A stretch of DNA of 60,119 bases from Pseudomonadota bacterium (GCA_041175045.1 JBEDFR010000123.1:1-60119); one strand, 5' to 3'. Numbered from the stretch's first letter, positions 47,576 through 56,277 are shown. Notes: generated from the letters alone by a model not told the origin. Numbers and translations are program-made.

Positions 47576-49483
47576 ATGGCACACCTTCCCGTCATCATCG
47601 GCATGGGCGGCATCAATCCTGCCGGCCGCAGCTCCCTGCATCACGCCTATCGGCGCCTCGTGCTCGATGCCCTGAGCGAACACGATGCCATGCAGACGCG
47701 GGCCAGCCTGGCCTCCCTCATGGGTCTGCTGAAGTGTGCCGAGGGCCAGTGGTGTGATGCCCTGGGGACACCGGTGGAACTCTTGCCTTATCTGCACGCG
47801 CTCGACCCGGCGCTGCGCGCCGGCACGCTGATCCGACGCCTGGAAAACAATCTGTTCGACCCGCAGGCGGTGCCGTATCACAAGCGCGCCACCCTGCAGG
47901 CCACCGCCAATGCCCCTATCAGTTTCCTGCTGCGCACGCAGCACCTGCCCGACGCCGTGCCTGACACATGGCAGCTCACTGCCGGACCGGATGGTCTGGT
48001 GCGTGTGCAGGTGCAGGGCAGCTTCGACATCCTCACGGAGAACCTGCGCCGCAGCGAGGTCAACACGGCGGGGCAGCTGCCCCGTGGCTTCGACCCGAAG
48101 GCACTCTACCCCTCGCGCAACCACCCACGCGGCCTGCAGATGACGGTCTTCGGCGCCAGCGATGCCGTGCAGTCCCTGGGCATCGACTGGGACACCCTGC
48201 TCACCCATGTGGCACCGGACCAGATCGCGGTCTACGCCGGCAGCTGCATGTCGCAACTGGATTTCAACGGCAATGGCGGGCTGCTGCAGTCACGCCTGCT
48301 GGGCAAGAAGGTCACCTCGAAGCAGTTGCCTCTGGGCCTGGCGGAAATGCCCGCCGACTTCATCAACGCCTACGTGCTCGGCAACGTCGGCACCACGGGC
48401 ACGCAGGTGGCTGCCTGTGCCACCTTCCTCTACAACCTGCGCCAGGGCATTCGCGACATCCAGGACGGTTCCCACCGCCTGGTGATTGTCGGCGCCAGCG
48501 AAGCCCCCATCACCTCCGAAGTCATGGAAGGCTATTACGCCATGGGCGCCCTGGCCAGCGACGAGGCGCTGCGCGAACTGGACGATGTGGCCCAGCCCGA
48601 TCATCGCCGCGCCTGCCGCCCCTTCGGCAACAACGCGGGCTTCACCCTGGCCGAGTCGGCCCAGTTCGTGGTGCTGTGCGCCGACGACCTGGCCTTGCAG
48701 ACCGGGGCCAGTATTCTGGGCGCGGTGAACGATGTGTTCGTGAATGCCGATGGCTACAAGAAGTCGATTTCCAGCCCGGGCGCTGGCAACTACATCACCA
48801 TGGCCAAGGCAGCCGCTGCCACGCGCAACGTGATTGGCGAACGCGGCCTGCGCGAACGCAGCTATGTGCAGGCGCACGGCACCGGTACACCGCAGAACCG
48901 CGTCACCGAGTCGCACATCCTGAGCACGGTGGCGGCCTCGTTCGGCATCGAGCAATGGGCAGTCACGGCACTCAAGGCATACCTGGGCCATTCTCTGGCC
49001 AGCTCGGCCGGAGACCAGCTGAGCGGTGCTCTGGGCCTTTGGCGCTACGGCATATTGCCGGGGATTCTGAGCACCGAGCGCGTCGCGCAGGATGTGCACA
49101 CGGCAGGTCTGGACTTCGTATTGCAGCACCGCGAGGTGGGCGCACAGGGGATGGATGCGGTGCTGATCAACTCCAAGGGCTTCGGCGGCAACAATGCGAC
49201 GGCGTCGGTGCTGGCGCCGCATGTGGCCCTGCGCATGCTGGAGAAGAAGCACGGCCGCGCGGCCATGGCAGAGCACGCGCGGCGCAATGAACCCGTGCAG
49301 GCCGCGATCACGACCTATGACGAAGGCATGACCGCGGGGCAGATCGCGCCGATCTACCGCTTCGATCATCAGGTGGTGGACAGCGACGGCGTGTGCCTGA
49401 GCGGCCAGTCGCTGCATATCGAGGGCAGGCAGCGCACGGTCAACCTCGACCTGCCCAACCCCTACGCCGACTACTGCGACTGA
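47576..49483 (+). CDS. fabY: FabY-type beta-ketoacyl synthase (long KAS I/II-domain enzyme)
   Basis: ATG at 47576. 635 aa. MAHLPVIIGMGGINPAGRSSLHHAYRR... and AACATFLY (active-site Cys), ...HGTGTPQN..., ...SKGFGGNNA. Size and N-terminus match P. aeruginosa FabY (PA5174) as I recall it. Confidence 0.75.
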   Translation: MAHLPVIIGMGGINPAGRSSLHHAYRRLVLDALSEHDAMQTRASLASLMGLLKCAEGQWCDALGTPVELLPYLHALDPALRAGTLIRRLENNLFDPQAVPYHKRATLQATANAPISFLLRTQHLPDAVPDTWQLTAGPDGLVRVQVQGSFDILTENLRRSEVNTAGQLPRGFDPKALYPSRNHPRGLQMTVFGASDAVQSLGIDWDTLLTHVAPDQIAVYAGSCMSQLDFNGNGGLLQSRLLGKKVTSKQLPLGLAEMPADFINAYVLGNVGTTGTQVAACATFLYNLRQGIRDIQDGSHRLVIVGASEAPITSEVMEGYYAMGALASDEALRELDDVAQPDHRRACRPFGNNAGFTLAESAQFVVLCADDLALQTGASILGAVNDVFVNADGYKKSISSPGAGNYITMAKAAAATRNVIGERGLRERSYVQAHGTGTPQNRVTESHILSTVAASFGIEQWAVTALKAYLGHSLASSAGDQLSGALGLWRYGILPGILSTERVAQDVHTAGLDFVLQHREVGAQGMDAVLINSKGFGGNNATASVLAPHVALRMLEKKHGRAAMAEHARRNEPVQAAITTYDEGMTAGQIAPIYRFDHQVVDSDGVCLSGQSLHIEGRQRTVNLDLPNPYADYCD

Positions 49484-49486
49484 GCC

Positions 49487-51007
49487 CTACTTCACCGTCA
49501 CCTTGTGCGCGATGATCTCCTGCCACTGTGCCGGCCCGGTGCGGTGCACGGAGGTGCCATTGACATCCACTGCCACGGTGACGGGCATGTCCTGCACCTC
49601 GAACTCGTGGATCGCCTCCATGCCCAGATCGGCGAAGGCCACCACACGCGCCTTGCGGATCGCCTTGGACACCAGATAGGCCGCGCCGCCCACCGCCATC
49701 AGGTACACCGCCTTGTGCTTCTTGATGGCATCGATGGCTACCTGGCCGCGCTCCGCCTTGCCGATCATGCCCAGCAGGCCGGTCTTGCTCAGCAGCTCCT
49801 CGGTGAACTTGTCCATGCGCGTGGCCGTGGTGGGACCGGCCGGGCCGATCACCTCGTCGCGCACCGGGTCGACCGGACCCACGTAGTAAATGAACCTGCC
49901 CTTGAGATCCACGCCTTCGGGCAGGGACTCGCCCCGGGCAAACATCTCACTCATGCGCTTGTGTGCTGCATCGCGGCCGGTCAGCATCCTGCCGGACAGC
50001 AGCAGCGTGTCCCCCGGCTGCCACTGAGCCACCTCCTCCGGGGTCACAGTGTCCAGATTCACGCGGCGCGCACGCGGTCCGGCCTCCCAGGTGATCTGCG
50101 GCCAGTCTTCCAGACGCGGCGGCTCCAGGTGCGCCGGGCCGCTGCCATCCAGGGTGAAGTGGGCGTGACGCGTGGCGGCGCAGTTCGGAATCATGGCCAC
50201 GGGCAGAGAAGCGGCGTGGGTCGGGTAGTCCTTGATCTTGATGTCGAGCACCGTGGTCAGACCGCCCAGGCCCTGCGCGCCAATGCCCAGGGCATTGACC
50301 TTGTCCATGATCTCCAGCCGCAGCTCTTCCACCCGGTTCTGCGGGCCGCGACGGCGCAGCTCGTGAATGTCGATCGGGTCCATCAGCGCTTCCTTGGCCA
50401 GCACCGCCGCCTTCTCGGCCGTGCCGCCGATGCCGATGCCCAGCATGCCCGGGGGACACCAGCCTGCGCCCATGGTGGGAACGGTCTTCAGCACCCACTC
50501 GACGATACTGTCACTGGGGTTGAGCATCACCAGCTTGGCCTTGTTCTCGGAGCCGCCGCCCTTGGCTGCCACGATCACTTCCAGCTCGTGCCCGGGCACG
50601 ACCTCCATGTGGATCACCGCCGGCGTGTTGTCCTTCGTATTCCTGCGGGCACCGGCCGGGTCATTGAGGATCGAGGCGCGCAGCACATTGTCCGGATGCA
50701 GATAGGCGCGGCGCACGCCTTCGTTGACCATGTCCGCCACGCTCATGTCGCCCTGCCACTGCACCTGCATGCCGATCTTCAGGAACACCGTCACGATGCC
50801 GGTGTCCTGGCAGATGGGCCGCTTGCCCTCGGCGCACAGCCGCGAATTGATGAGGATCTGCGCCATGGCGTCCTTCGCTGCCGGCGACTCCTCACGTTCA
50901 TAGGCCTCGTTCACGGCCTGGATGAAGTCCAGCGGGTGGTAGTAGGAGATGTATTGCAGGGCGTCGGCGACGCTCTGGATCAGGTCTTCCTGGCGAATCA
51001 CTGTCAT
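49487..51007 (-). CDS. fumA: class I (Fe-S) fumarate hydratase
   Basis: 506 aa. ...PICQDTGIVTVFLKIG..., ...GGGSENK..., C-terminal beta-domain ...GPTTATRMD... is the FumA/TtdAB-type pattern. Confidence 0.9.
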   Translation of the reverse strand: MTVIRQEDLIQSVADALQYISYYHPLDFIQAVNEAYEREESPAAKDAMAQILINSRLCAEGKRPICQDTGIVTVFLKIGMQVQWQGDMSVADMVNEGVRRAYLHPDNVLRASILNDPAGARRNTKDNTPAVIHMEVVPGHELEVIVAAKGGGSENKAKLVMLNPSDSIVEWVLKTVPTMGAGWCPPGMLGIGIGGTAEKAAVLAKEALMDPIDIHELRRRGPQNRVEELRLEIMDKVNALGIGAQGLGGLTTVLDIKIKDYPTHAASLPVAMIPNCAATRHAHFTLDGSGPAHLEPPRLEDWPQITWEAGPRARRVNLDTVTPEEVAQWQPGDTLLLSGRMLTGRDAAHKRMSEMFARGESLPEGVDLKGRFIYYVGPVDPVRDEVIGPAGPTTATRMDKFTEELLSKTGLLGMIGKAERGQVAIDAIKKHKAVYLMAVGGAAYLVSKAIRKARVVAFADLGMEAIHEFEVQDMPVTVAVDVNGTSVHRTGPAQWQEIIAHKVTVK

Positions 51008-51158
51008 GGCAATGCTGTCCTTGAGGGCACGAATGGCGCGGCGCGCAGCCGCCGGTGGTGGAATTTGCGGTGGAGTCTAGCATAGAGTGCGAGCAGAACC
51101 GTCCGGCAAGAGCCTGCCTGCAAGCTCCTCCCGGCCCCTCACTCCCCAGGAGGCCACC

Positions 51159-51923
51159 ATGCTCGCCATCGACAGCCCCGAGATCCTCAGCAGCATCGAC
51201 CAGGGCGTGCAGATCCTGCACATCCGCCGGCCAGAGAAGAAGAACGCCCTCACCCGCGCCATGTATCACACTCTGGCCGAGGCATTGCGGCGTGCCGACA
51301 CCGACCCGGCCGTGCGCGCGATCCTGCTGCGCGGCGAGCCTGAATGCTTCACCAGTGGCAACGACGTGAATGACTTCCTGAAAGAAGACGAGCACACCAC
51401 GGAGCGTCCCGCCGTGCAGTTTCTCAAGGCCATCGCCCACGTGCGCAAACCCCTGGTGGCGGCGGTGAACGGCCTGGCCGTAGGCATCGGCACCACGCTG
51501 CTGCTGCACTGCGATCTGGTCTATGCCGCCGAGGATGCCTGGCTGCAACTGCCCTTCACGCGACTGGGGCTGTGCCCGGAGGCCGCCTCCAGTCTGCTGG
51601 TGCCGCAGCTGATGGGCCACCAGCGTGCGGCGGAACTGTTGCTGCTGGGCGAGCGTTTCAGCGCCGGCAAGGCGTGGGAATACGGTCTGGTCAACGAGGT
51701 GCTGCCGGCCGCGCAGGTTCTGCCCCACGCACTTGCCAGGGCACAGGCCCTGGCGGCCCTGCCCCCCGAGGCGGTGCAGACCTCCAAGCATCTGCTCAAG
51801 CGCAATCAGCAGGCGGGCATCGACGACATCATGGCGCTGGAACTGGTGAACTTTACGCGGCTGCTGCGCAGTCCCGAGGCCAGAGCCATCATGCAGGCCT
51901 TTCTGCAGCGCGGGCGAGAGTGA
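51159..51923 (+). CDS. enoyl-CoA hydratase/isomerase family protein
   Basis: ATG at 51159 preceded by AGGAGG. ...RPEKKNALT...FTSGNDVNDF...KPLVAAVNGLAVGIGTTLLLHCD... Confidence 0.85.
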   Translation: MLAIDSPEILSSIDQGVQILHIRRPEKKNALTRAMYHTLAEALRRADTDPAVRAILLRGEPECFTSGNDVNDFLKEDEHTTERPAVQFLKAIAHVRKPLVAAVNGLAVGIGTTLLLHCDLVYAAEDAWLQLPFTRLGLCPEAASSLLVPQLMGHQRAAELLLLGERFSAGKAWEYGLVNEVLPAAQVLPHALARAQALAALPPEAVQTSKHLLKRNQQAGIDDIMALELVNFTRLLRSPEARAIMQAFLQRGRE

Positions 51924-51999
51924 GTGAATGGGGGAGATCTGAGCAGGGTTCCGGCCAGCGTTCAGGGGACGCCTGCAAGCAGGCTCCAACACCCAGCGC

Positions 52000-52764
52000 C
52001 TACAGACGCTCCAGCAGGTAGTCGCGCGCCAGATTGATCTTGCGCGCCAGATAGTCCGAGCCGCCCCGATCCGGGTGCATCTTCTGCATCAGACGGCGGT
52101 GCGCCTGCACCACGTCGTCCCGCGTCGCCCCTTTCTGCAAGCCCAGGATCTCCAGCGCTTCCGTCTCGCTCATGGCCGCTTCCGTGGCGGGCGGCTGCGG
52201 CGCATGTGCCTGCTGCGAGGAGGACGCCTGATCGGCACGCCAGTCCGGGTGCACGCGATCCATGTAGGCCTCCAGAATCTGCAGCGAATCGGCGTCCTGC
52301 AGACATTCCTGCGCCAGCAGCAGCAATTGCTCCATGCTCAGCGACGACAGGCGCCGGCCACTGAAGCTGCCCTGCAGCACCTCGCCATCCATGTCGCCGG
52401 TGGCATGCTGCAGCTGCATCAGCAGAAAGCGCGTGCGGATGCTGGAAGTGTCGCTGGCGCCTGCACTCCCGTAGGCACTCTTCGCTGTGCGACTGCGCAG
52501 CATCTGCCACAGCGGCAGAAGGCGGATCAGCAGGTGCAGATTGCGCAGCGCAAAGGTGGCCGCCACCATGATGGGCGCAATGATGAAGGTGGGCGAGAGA
52601 CGCCCCAGCAGGATCAGTACCACGATGACGGCGAGGATGCTGGCGAGCACCAGCAGCAGATTGAACTGACGCTGACTCAGGGAATACTTGATGGCGAGCT
52701 TGCGCAGGCCGATGTAGCCCAGCACGGGAATCAGCAGGATCAGCAAATAACGCAAAAGAATCAT
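52000..52764 (-). CDS. membrane-anchored J-domain protein (C-terminal DnaJ domain)
   Basis: Three N-terminal TM helices, a central conserved region ...MQLQHATGDMDGEVLQGSFSGRRLSSLSMEQLL...LEAYMDRVHPDWR, and a C-terminal J domain ALEILGLQKGATRDDVVQAHRRLMQKMHPDRGGSDYLARKINLARDYL (HPD motif). Confidence 0.8.
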   Translation of the reverse strand: MILLRYLLILLIPVLGYIGLRKLAIKYSLSQRQFNLLLVLASILAVIVVLILLGRLSPTFIIAPIMVAATFALRNLHLLIRLLPLWQMLRSRTAKSAYGSAGASDTSSIRTRFLLMQLQHATGDMDGEVLQGSFSGRRLSSLSMEQLLLLAQECLQDADSLQILEAYMDRVHPDWRADQASSSQQAHAPQPPATEAAMSETEALEILGLQKGATRDDVVQAHRRLMQKMHPDRGGSDYLARKINLARDYLLERL

Positions 52765-52798
52765 CGTTCCATTCTCCCGCAGCCGGTTACACGCCGCG

Positions 52799-53512
52799 TC
52801 ATGGGCGCAGCTGCTGCGTCAGCCGCTGCACGGCCTGGCTCGCGTTCGCACTGAAATTCGCCAGTGCCTGGCGACCGCCGCTGGCATACACCGCCACGGC
52901 TCGCAGCAGGTCGCGCAGTTGCGCGGCACTCGCGCCATCAAAGGGAGACCAGGCCCCTCCGGAAAGCTTCGCAATGCTCTGAAAGGTCTGCTGCGCGCGC
53001 GCATCGGCCCCTTCCTGAAACACGAACACCGGCACGTTCAGCAGGCCCAGCTGCCCGGCCAGCTGACACAGCACATCGGCGTTCTCTTCCATCGCATCGC
53101 CCACATAGACCACGCAGTGAATGCGCTGGGCCTTGTTTTCGGCCAGCGCATGGCGCAGCACCCGCTCGATCTGTGTGGTGCCGGCGCGGCAGCCGATACC
53201 GGTCATCAGCCCGAGCAACGCGGCGGCATCCCGGCACCAGGGCGTCTTGTAGAATTCGGCGAAGCCACGGAAATAGGTGAGCTGGATCTGCAAACCACCT
53301 TGTGCGCGCGCAGCGAGAAACATCTCGCCCTGCAGTTGGGTAGCCTGGTCCCAGGTCTGCTCACGGCTGCCCGTGGCATCCAGAGCAAACAGAAGACGTC
53401 CGGCCCCCTCCCCCCTGGCCACGGCGGGCAAGGACGCGACTTTCTGCAGAAATGCACTGATTTCGCTACGGGCGGCAACGCGGGTGGGAAGATCTTTCGG
53501 GGAATCGGACAT
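52799..53512 (-). CDS. cytoplasmic VWA domain-containing protein
   Basis: ATG at 53512. LLFALDATGSREQTW is a DxTxS MIDAS-like motif, followed by an alternating beta/alpha pattern. No signal peptide. Confidence 0.7.
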   Translation of the reverse strand: MSDSPKDLPTRVAARSEISAFLQKVASLPAVARGEGAGRLLFALDATGSREQTWDQATQLQGEMFLAARAQGGLQIQLTYFRGFAEFYKTPWCRDAAALLGLMTGIGCRAGTTQIERVLRHALAENKAQRIHCVVYVGDAMEENADVLCQLAGQLGLLNVPVFVFQEGADARAQQTFQSIAKLSGGAWSPFDGASAAQLRDLLRAVAVYASGGRQALANFSANASQAVQRLTQQLRP

Positions 53513-53560
53513 GCCAGCGGCCTCGCGAATCGACTCTTGCAACCTTGAAGCGGGAAACCC

Positions 53561-53645
53561 TGGTGCGGACGGAGAGACTCGAACTCTCACACCTTGCGGC
53601 GCTGGAACCTAAATCCAGTGTGTCTACCAATTCCACCACATCCGC
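53561..53645 (-). tRNA. tRNA-Leu (anticodon UAG), CCA encoded
   Basis: Minus strand GCGGATGTGGTGGAATTGGTAGACACACTGGATTTAGGTTCCAGCGCCGCAAGGTGTGAGAGTTCGAGTCTCTCCGTCCGCACCA. 7-bp acceptor stem, anticodon stem CTGGA/TCCAG with loop TTTAGGT, long variable arm, GTTCGAGTC T-loop. Confidence 0.9.
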
Positions 53646-53658
53646 GGGCGGGTTTCGC

Positions 53659-54453
53659 TCAGGGCGCGGGGCGCGCACCCCCTTGCAGGTTCTCGATGTT
53701 CTGTTGCAGGCGACTCAGTGTCTGGTTGACCTGCAGGCGGTAGGCATCGATGGATTCGACGGCTTCCTCGAGGTTGACCATGCGATCCTGCAGGCCCACC
53801 AGGGTACTGTCGCCGTTGTTCAGACTGGCGCGGATATTGGCCATGTCCTGTGCCACGTTCTGCACACTGCGCAGCGTGGCGTTGATGCTGGTAAGGCTGG
53901 CATTGATCTGCTCCAGGTCTGCCTTGACGCTGTTCACTTCGCCCAGAGTGGCCTGATTCTGCTCGGTGTTGTTGGCGATCATCTGCGCCAGGGTCTCGGT
54001 GGTCTCGGTGTGGCCCTTGCTGGCATCTTCCACCACCGCCACGCGACCGGTCAGCTCGTTCACCGTGTTGTTGGTGGCATTGCGGGCGGCCCACAACTTG
54101 TCGATCTCGGAGAAGTTGAAGTCCAGACGTTCAATCACATTGGCCGTGGTTTCCTCGGCGGAATCTCCCACCAGCGCCAGGCGACTCTCGAGGTCTTCAA
54201 TGCGGCGATTGGTCTGCTCCAGGGTGCGCAGATTCTCGGCATAGGCCTGATAGCCCAGCCAGGCGCCACCACCGATGGACGCAGTCAACAGAAACAGCAT
54301 GATGCGCACCGGCCAGGTGCTCACCTTGATGATTTCACCGTAACTCGGCGTGGACTGGATGTCGGAGCCTTTGCGGGCGGACTGGCGCTCCACCACGTCT
54401 TCACGTGATAGCACCAGCGAGGGAATGTCTTTGAAATCGTCGTTGTCTTTCAT
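53659..54453 (-). CDS. membrane-anchored coiled-coil protein (hypothetical)
   Basis: ATG at 54453 (track start 54471 is TTG). Acidic N-terminus, one TM (WPVRIMLFLLTASIGGGAWLGY), then ~190 aa of N/T/Q/E-rich heptad-like sequence. Confidence 0.65.
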   Translation of the reverse strand: MKDNDDFKDIPSLVLSREDVVERQSARKGSDIQSTPSYGEIIKVSTWPVRIMLFLLTASIGGGAWLGYQAYAENLRTLEQTNRRIEDLESRLALVGDSAEETTANVIERLDFNFSEIDKLWAARNATNNTVNELTGRVAVVEDASKGHTETTETLAQMIANNTEQNQATLGEVNSVKADLEQINASLTSINATLRSVQNVAQDMANIRASLNNGDSTLVGLQDRMVNLEEAVESIDAYRLQVNQTLSRLQQNIENLQGGARPAP

Positions 54454-54654
54454 GGCGGCATTATCCTGCAAGTGGCTTTGACGGGTCTACCGGAACCTTG
54501 ACCCAGAGGGCACTTTCCTTGAATTGGGCAGCACACTGAATTAAGCTCGCCGACTCTTTCCCAGACACGATCCAGCGCTGCGAACTGCGGCAAATCTTAG
54601 CCGTGGATGCTGGAAAAGCAAGATTTTTCAATGCATAAACCAACCGAGGTCACC

Positions 54655-55248
54655 ATGAAACTTGAACTGCCCGCACTTCCCTATGCGACCAATGCGCTTG
54701 AGCCCCACATGTCTGCGCAGACCTTCAGCTTTCACCACGCCAAGCATCACAACGCCTATGTCGTGAAGGGCAATGAACTGCTGGAAGGCTCCGGCATTGT
54801 CGCCAATACCCTCGAAGAGCTGGTCAAGGCAGCGGCCAAGGTGGGCGGCGCCCTCTTCAACAACGTCGGCCAGTGCTACAACCACGAGTTCTTCTGGAAG
54901 AGCATGAAGCCGAACGGCGGTGGCGCTCCCACCGGCGCCATTGCCGCGAAGATCGATGCCGACTTCGGCAGCTACGACAACTTCAAGAAGGAATTCGTGG
55001 CCGGCGGCGTGGGCCAGTTCGGCAGCGGCTGGGTCTGGCTGGTGCTGGATGGCGGCAAGCTGAAGATTGCCAAGTCAGCGAATGCCGAGACGCCGCTGAC
55101 CAGCGGCGCCACCCCGATCATCGTCTGCGATGTGTGGGAACACGCCTATTACCTGGACTTCCAGAATCGTCGCCCCGACTTCCTGGCCTGCTTCGTCGAC
55201 AATCTGCTGAACTGGGATTTCGCGAACGCCAACCTCGCCAAGGCCTGA
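54655..55248 (+). CDS. sodB: iron superoxide dismutase SodB
   Basis: ATG at 54655 after GAGG. MKLELPALPYATNALEPHMSAQTFSFHHAKHH...CDVWEHAYYLDFQNRRPDF... Confidence 0.95.
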   Translation: MKLELPALPYATNALEPHMSAQTFSFHHAKHHNAYVVKGNELLEGSGIVANTLEELVKAAAKVGGALFNNVGQCYNHEFFWKSMKPNGGGAPTGAIAAKIDADFGSYDNFKKEFVAGGVGQFGSGWVWLVLDGGKLKIAKSANAETPLTSGATPIIVCDVWEHAYYLDFQNRRPDFLACFVDNLLNWDFANANLAKA

Positions 55249-55268
55249 TACACCGGGGAAACCGAGGG

Positions 55269-55358
55269 GAAAACCGGGGTCAGAGACGCTTTATTCTTGT
55301 AGCGATTTGGTAAAGCCAAGAACGCTTGATGAATAAAGCGTCTCTGACCCCGGTTTTC
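55269..55358. repeat. 90-nt palindromic element (28-nt perfect arms, 34-nt loop), REP/MITE-like
   Basis: gaaaaccGGGGTCAGAGACgctttattc (55269-55296) ... gaataaagcGTCTCTGACCCCggttttc (55331-55358). Shares a 12-nt core with the palindrome at 42161. The loop contains GTAG and partial internal pairing. Likely sodB terminator. Confidence 0.85.
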
Positions 55359-55546
55359 ACACCAGCCCCCGCCACGATCGCCGTGAAGAAGTAGACGATG
55401 AACGCCCCACCATACAAGCGACCGAACAGCCAGACCCCCAGATCGGTCACCGCCAGCACATGCTCCAGCAGCATGCCGACGAGCAGGCCAGCCCAGGTGA
55501 AGGCTTCGAAGCGGGCGATGAGGATGAAGAAGTGCGGAAGGGTCAC
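55280..55546 (-). CDS. DUF3817-like membrane protein, apparently C-terminally truncated/replaced
   Basis: GTG at 55546 (GGAG 10 nt upstream). LIARFEAFTWAGLLVGMLLEHVL...GRLYGGAFIVYFFTAIVAGAG resembles the first two helices of DUF3817. The last ~27 codons (GVKTGVRDALFIKRSWLYQIATRIKRL) are encoded by the palindromic element. Confidence 0.5.
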   Translation of the reverse strand: MTLPHFFILIARFEAFTWAGLLVGMLLEHVLAVTDLGVWLFGRLYGGAFIVYFFTAIVAGAGVKTGVRDALFIKRSWLYQIATRIKRL

Positions 55547-55569
55547 GAGGGGGAAACTCCTTGAATGAG

Positions 55570-55971
55570 TCAGGCTGCCGCCCAGTTCTGGAGCTGCAGT
55601 CCTTCGACGCGCTGAAATTCGCGCTCGTTGTTGGTGACCAGTACGCATGCCAGTGACAAGGCATGGCTGGCAATCCAGAGATCATTGGCACCAATTGGCG
55701 TGCCGGCATCCCGCAATTGGGTGGACACGCGAGCATAGTGTGTGCACAGGCGGTCATCCACCTGATAATCCACTGGCACCACCTGGATCAGTGCTGCCAG
55801 CTGCAACAGCACGCGGTCGCGACTGGCACTGCGCTGCGCGCCTTTGAGAAGCTCGGCATACGTCACGTACGACATGCATACCGTGTCTTCCGCGGCAAGT
55901 CGATTCATGTGGATTGCCACTTCCGCGGGGCGGTTCTTGATCAGGTAGATCAGGATATTGGTGTCGAGCAT
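55570..55971 (-). CDS. vapC: type II toxin VapC (PIN-domain ribonuclease)
   Basis: ATG at 55971. MLDTNILIYLIKNRP...YAELLKGA...GANDLWIASHALSLACVLVTNNEREF has PIN acidic residues in the expected places. Confidence 0.9.
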   Translation of the reverse strand: MLDTNILIYLIKNRPAEVAIHMNRLAAEDTVCMSYVTYAELLKGAQRSASRDRVLLQLAALIQVVPVDYQVDDRLCTHYARVSTQLRDAGTPIGANDLWIASHALSLACVLVTNNEREFQRVEGLQLQNWAAA

Positions 55972-55976
55972 GTATC

Positions 55977-56264
55977 TCACAGCGGTTCCCGTTCCTGCTG
56001 CGCGGGCTGAAGCGCTCGCTGCTCCTCGACTGCCTGTGCGAAAGAAGGCTCGAATGCCTCAAGGGCTGCGAGCAAGGCATCCCCGCGATTCTCCATCGGT
56101 GGCAACGGACGCAGCACCAGTTCCCCGGCAGCGTTGCGACTTATCTGTACCTGCTTGCAGTCTAGTCGGAACTCCAGAGGTATGCGGACCGCCTGACTGT
56201 TGCCATTCATGAAAACCCGGGTAGCCATGCCCGCGGTGCCATCGGCCTGTGAGGATGCCGTCAT
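55977..56264 (-). CDS. vapB: type II antitoxin VapB (AbrB/SpoVT-type)
   Basis: ATG 56264 follows AAGGGAG at 6-nt spacing (alt ATG 56228). ...MATRVFMNGNSQAVRIPLEFRL..KQVQISR....LVLRP. Confidence 0.85.
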   Translation of the reverse strand: MTASSQADGTAGMATRVFMNGNSQAVRIPLEFRLDCKQVQISRNAAGELVLRPLPPMENRGDALLAALEAFEPSFAQAVEEQRALQPAQQEREPL

Positions 56265-56277
56265 GGGAGACTCCCTT

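Noticed and set aside
49505-51085. 526-aa plus-strand ORF
   Set aside because: It is antisense to the class I fumarate hydratase gene and has His/Gly/Arg/Ala-rich artefactual composition.
52000-53645. tRNA-Leu as an integration site for a genomic island (VWA + J-protein as cargo)
   Set aside because: I found no direct repeat of the tRNA 3' end downstream and no integrase. The G+C and codon bias of the two genes look native.
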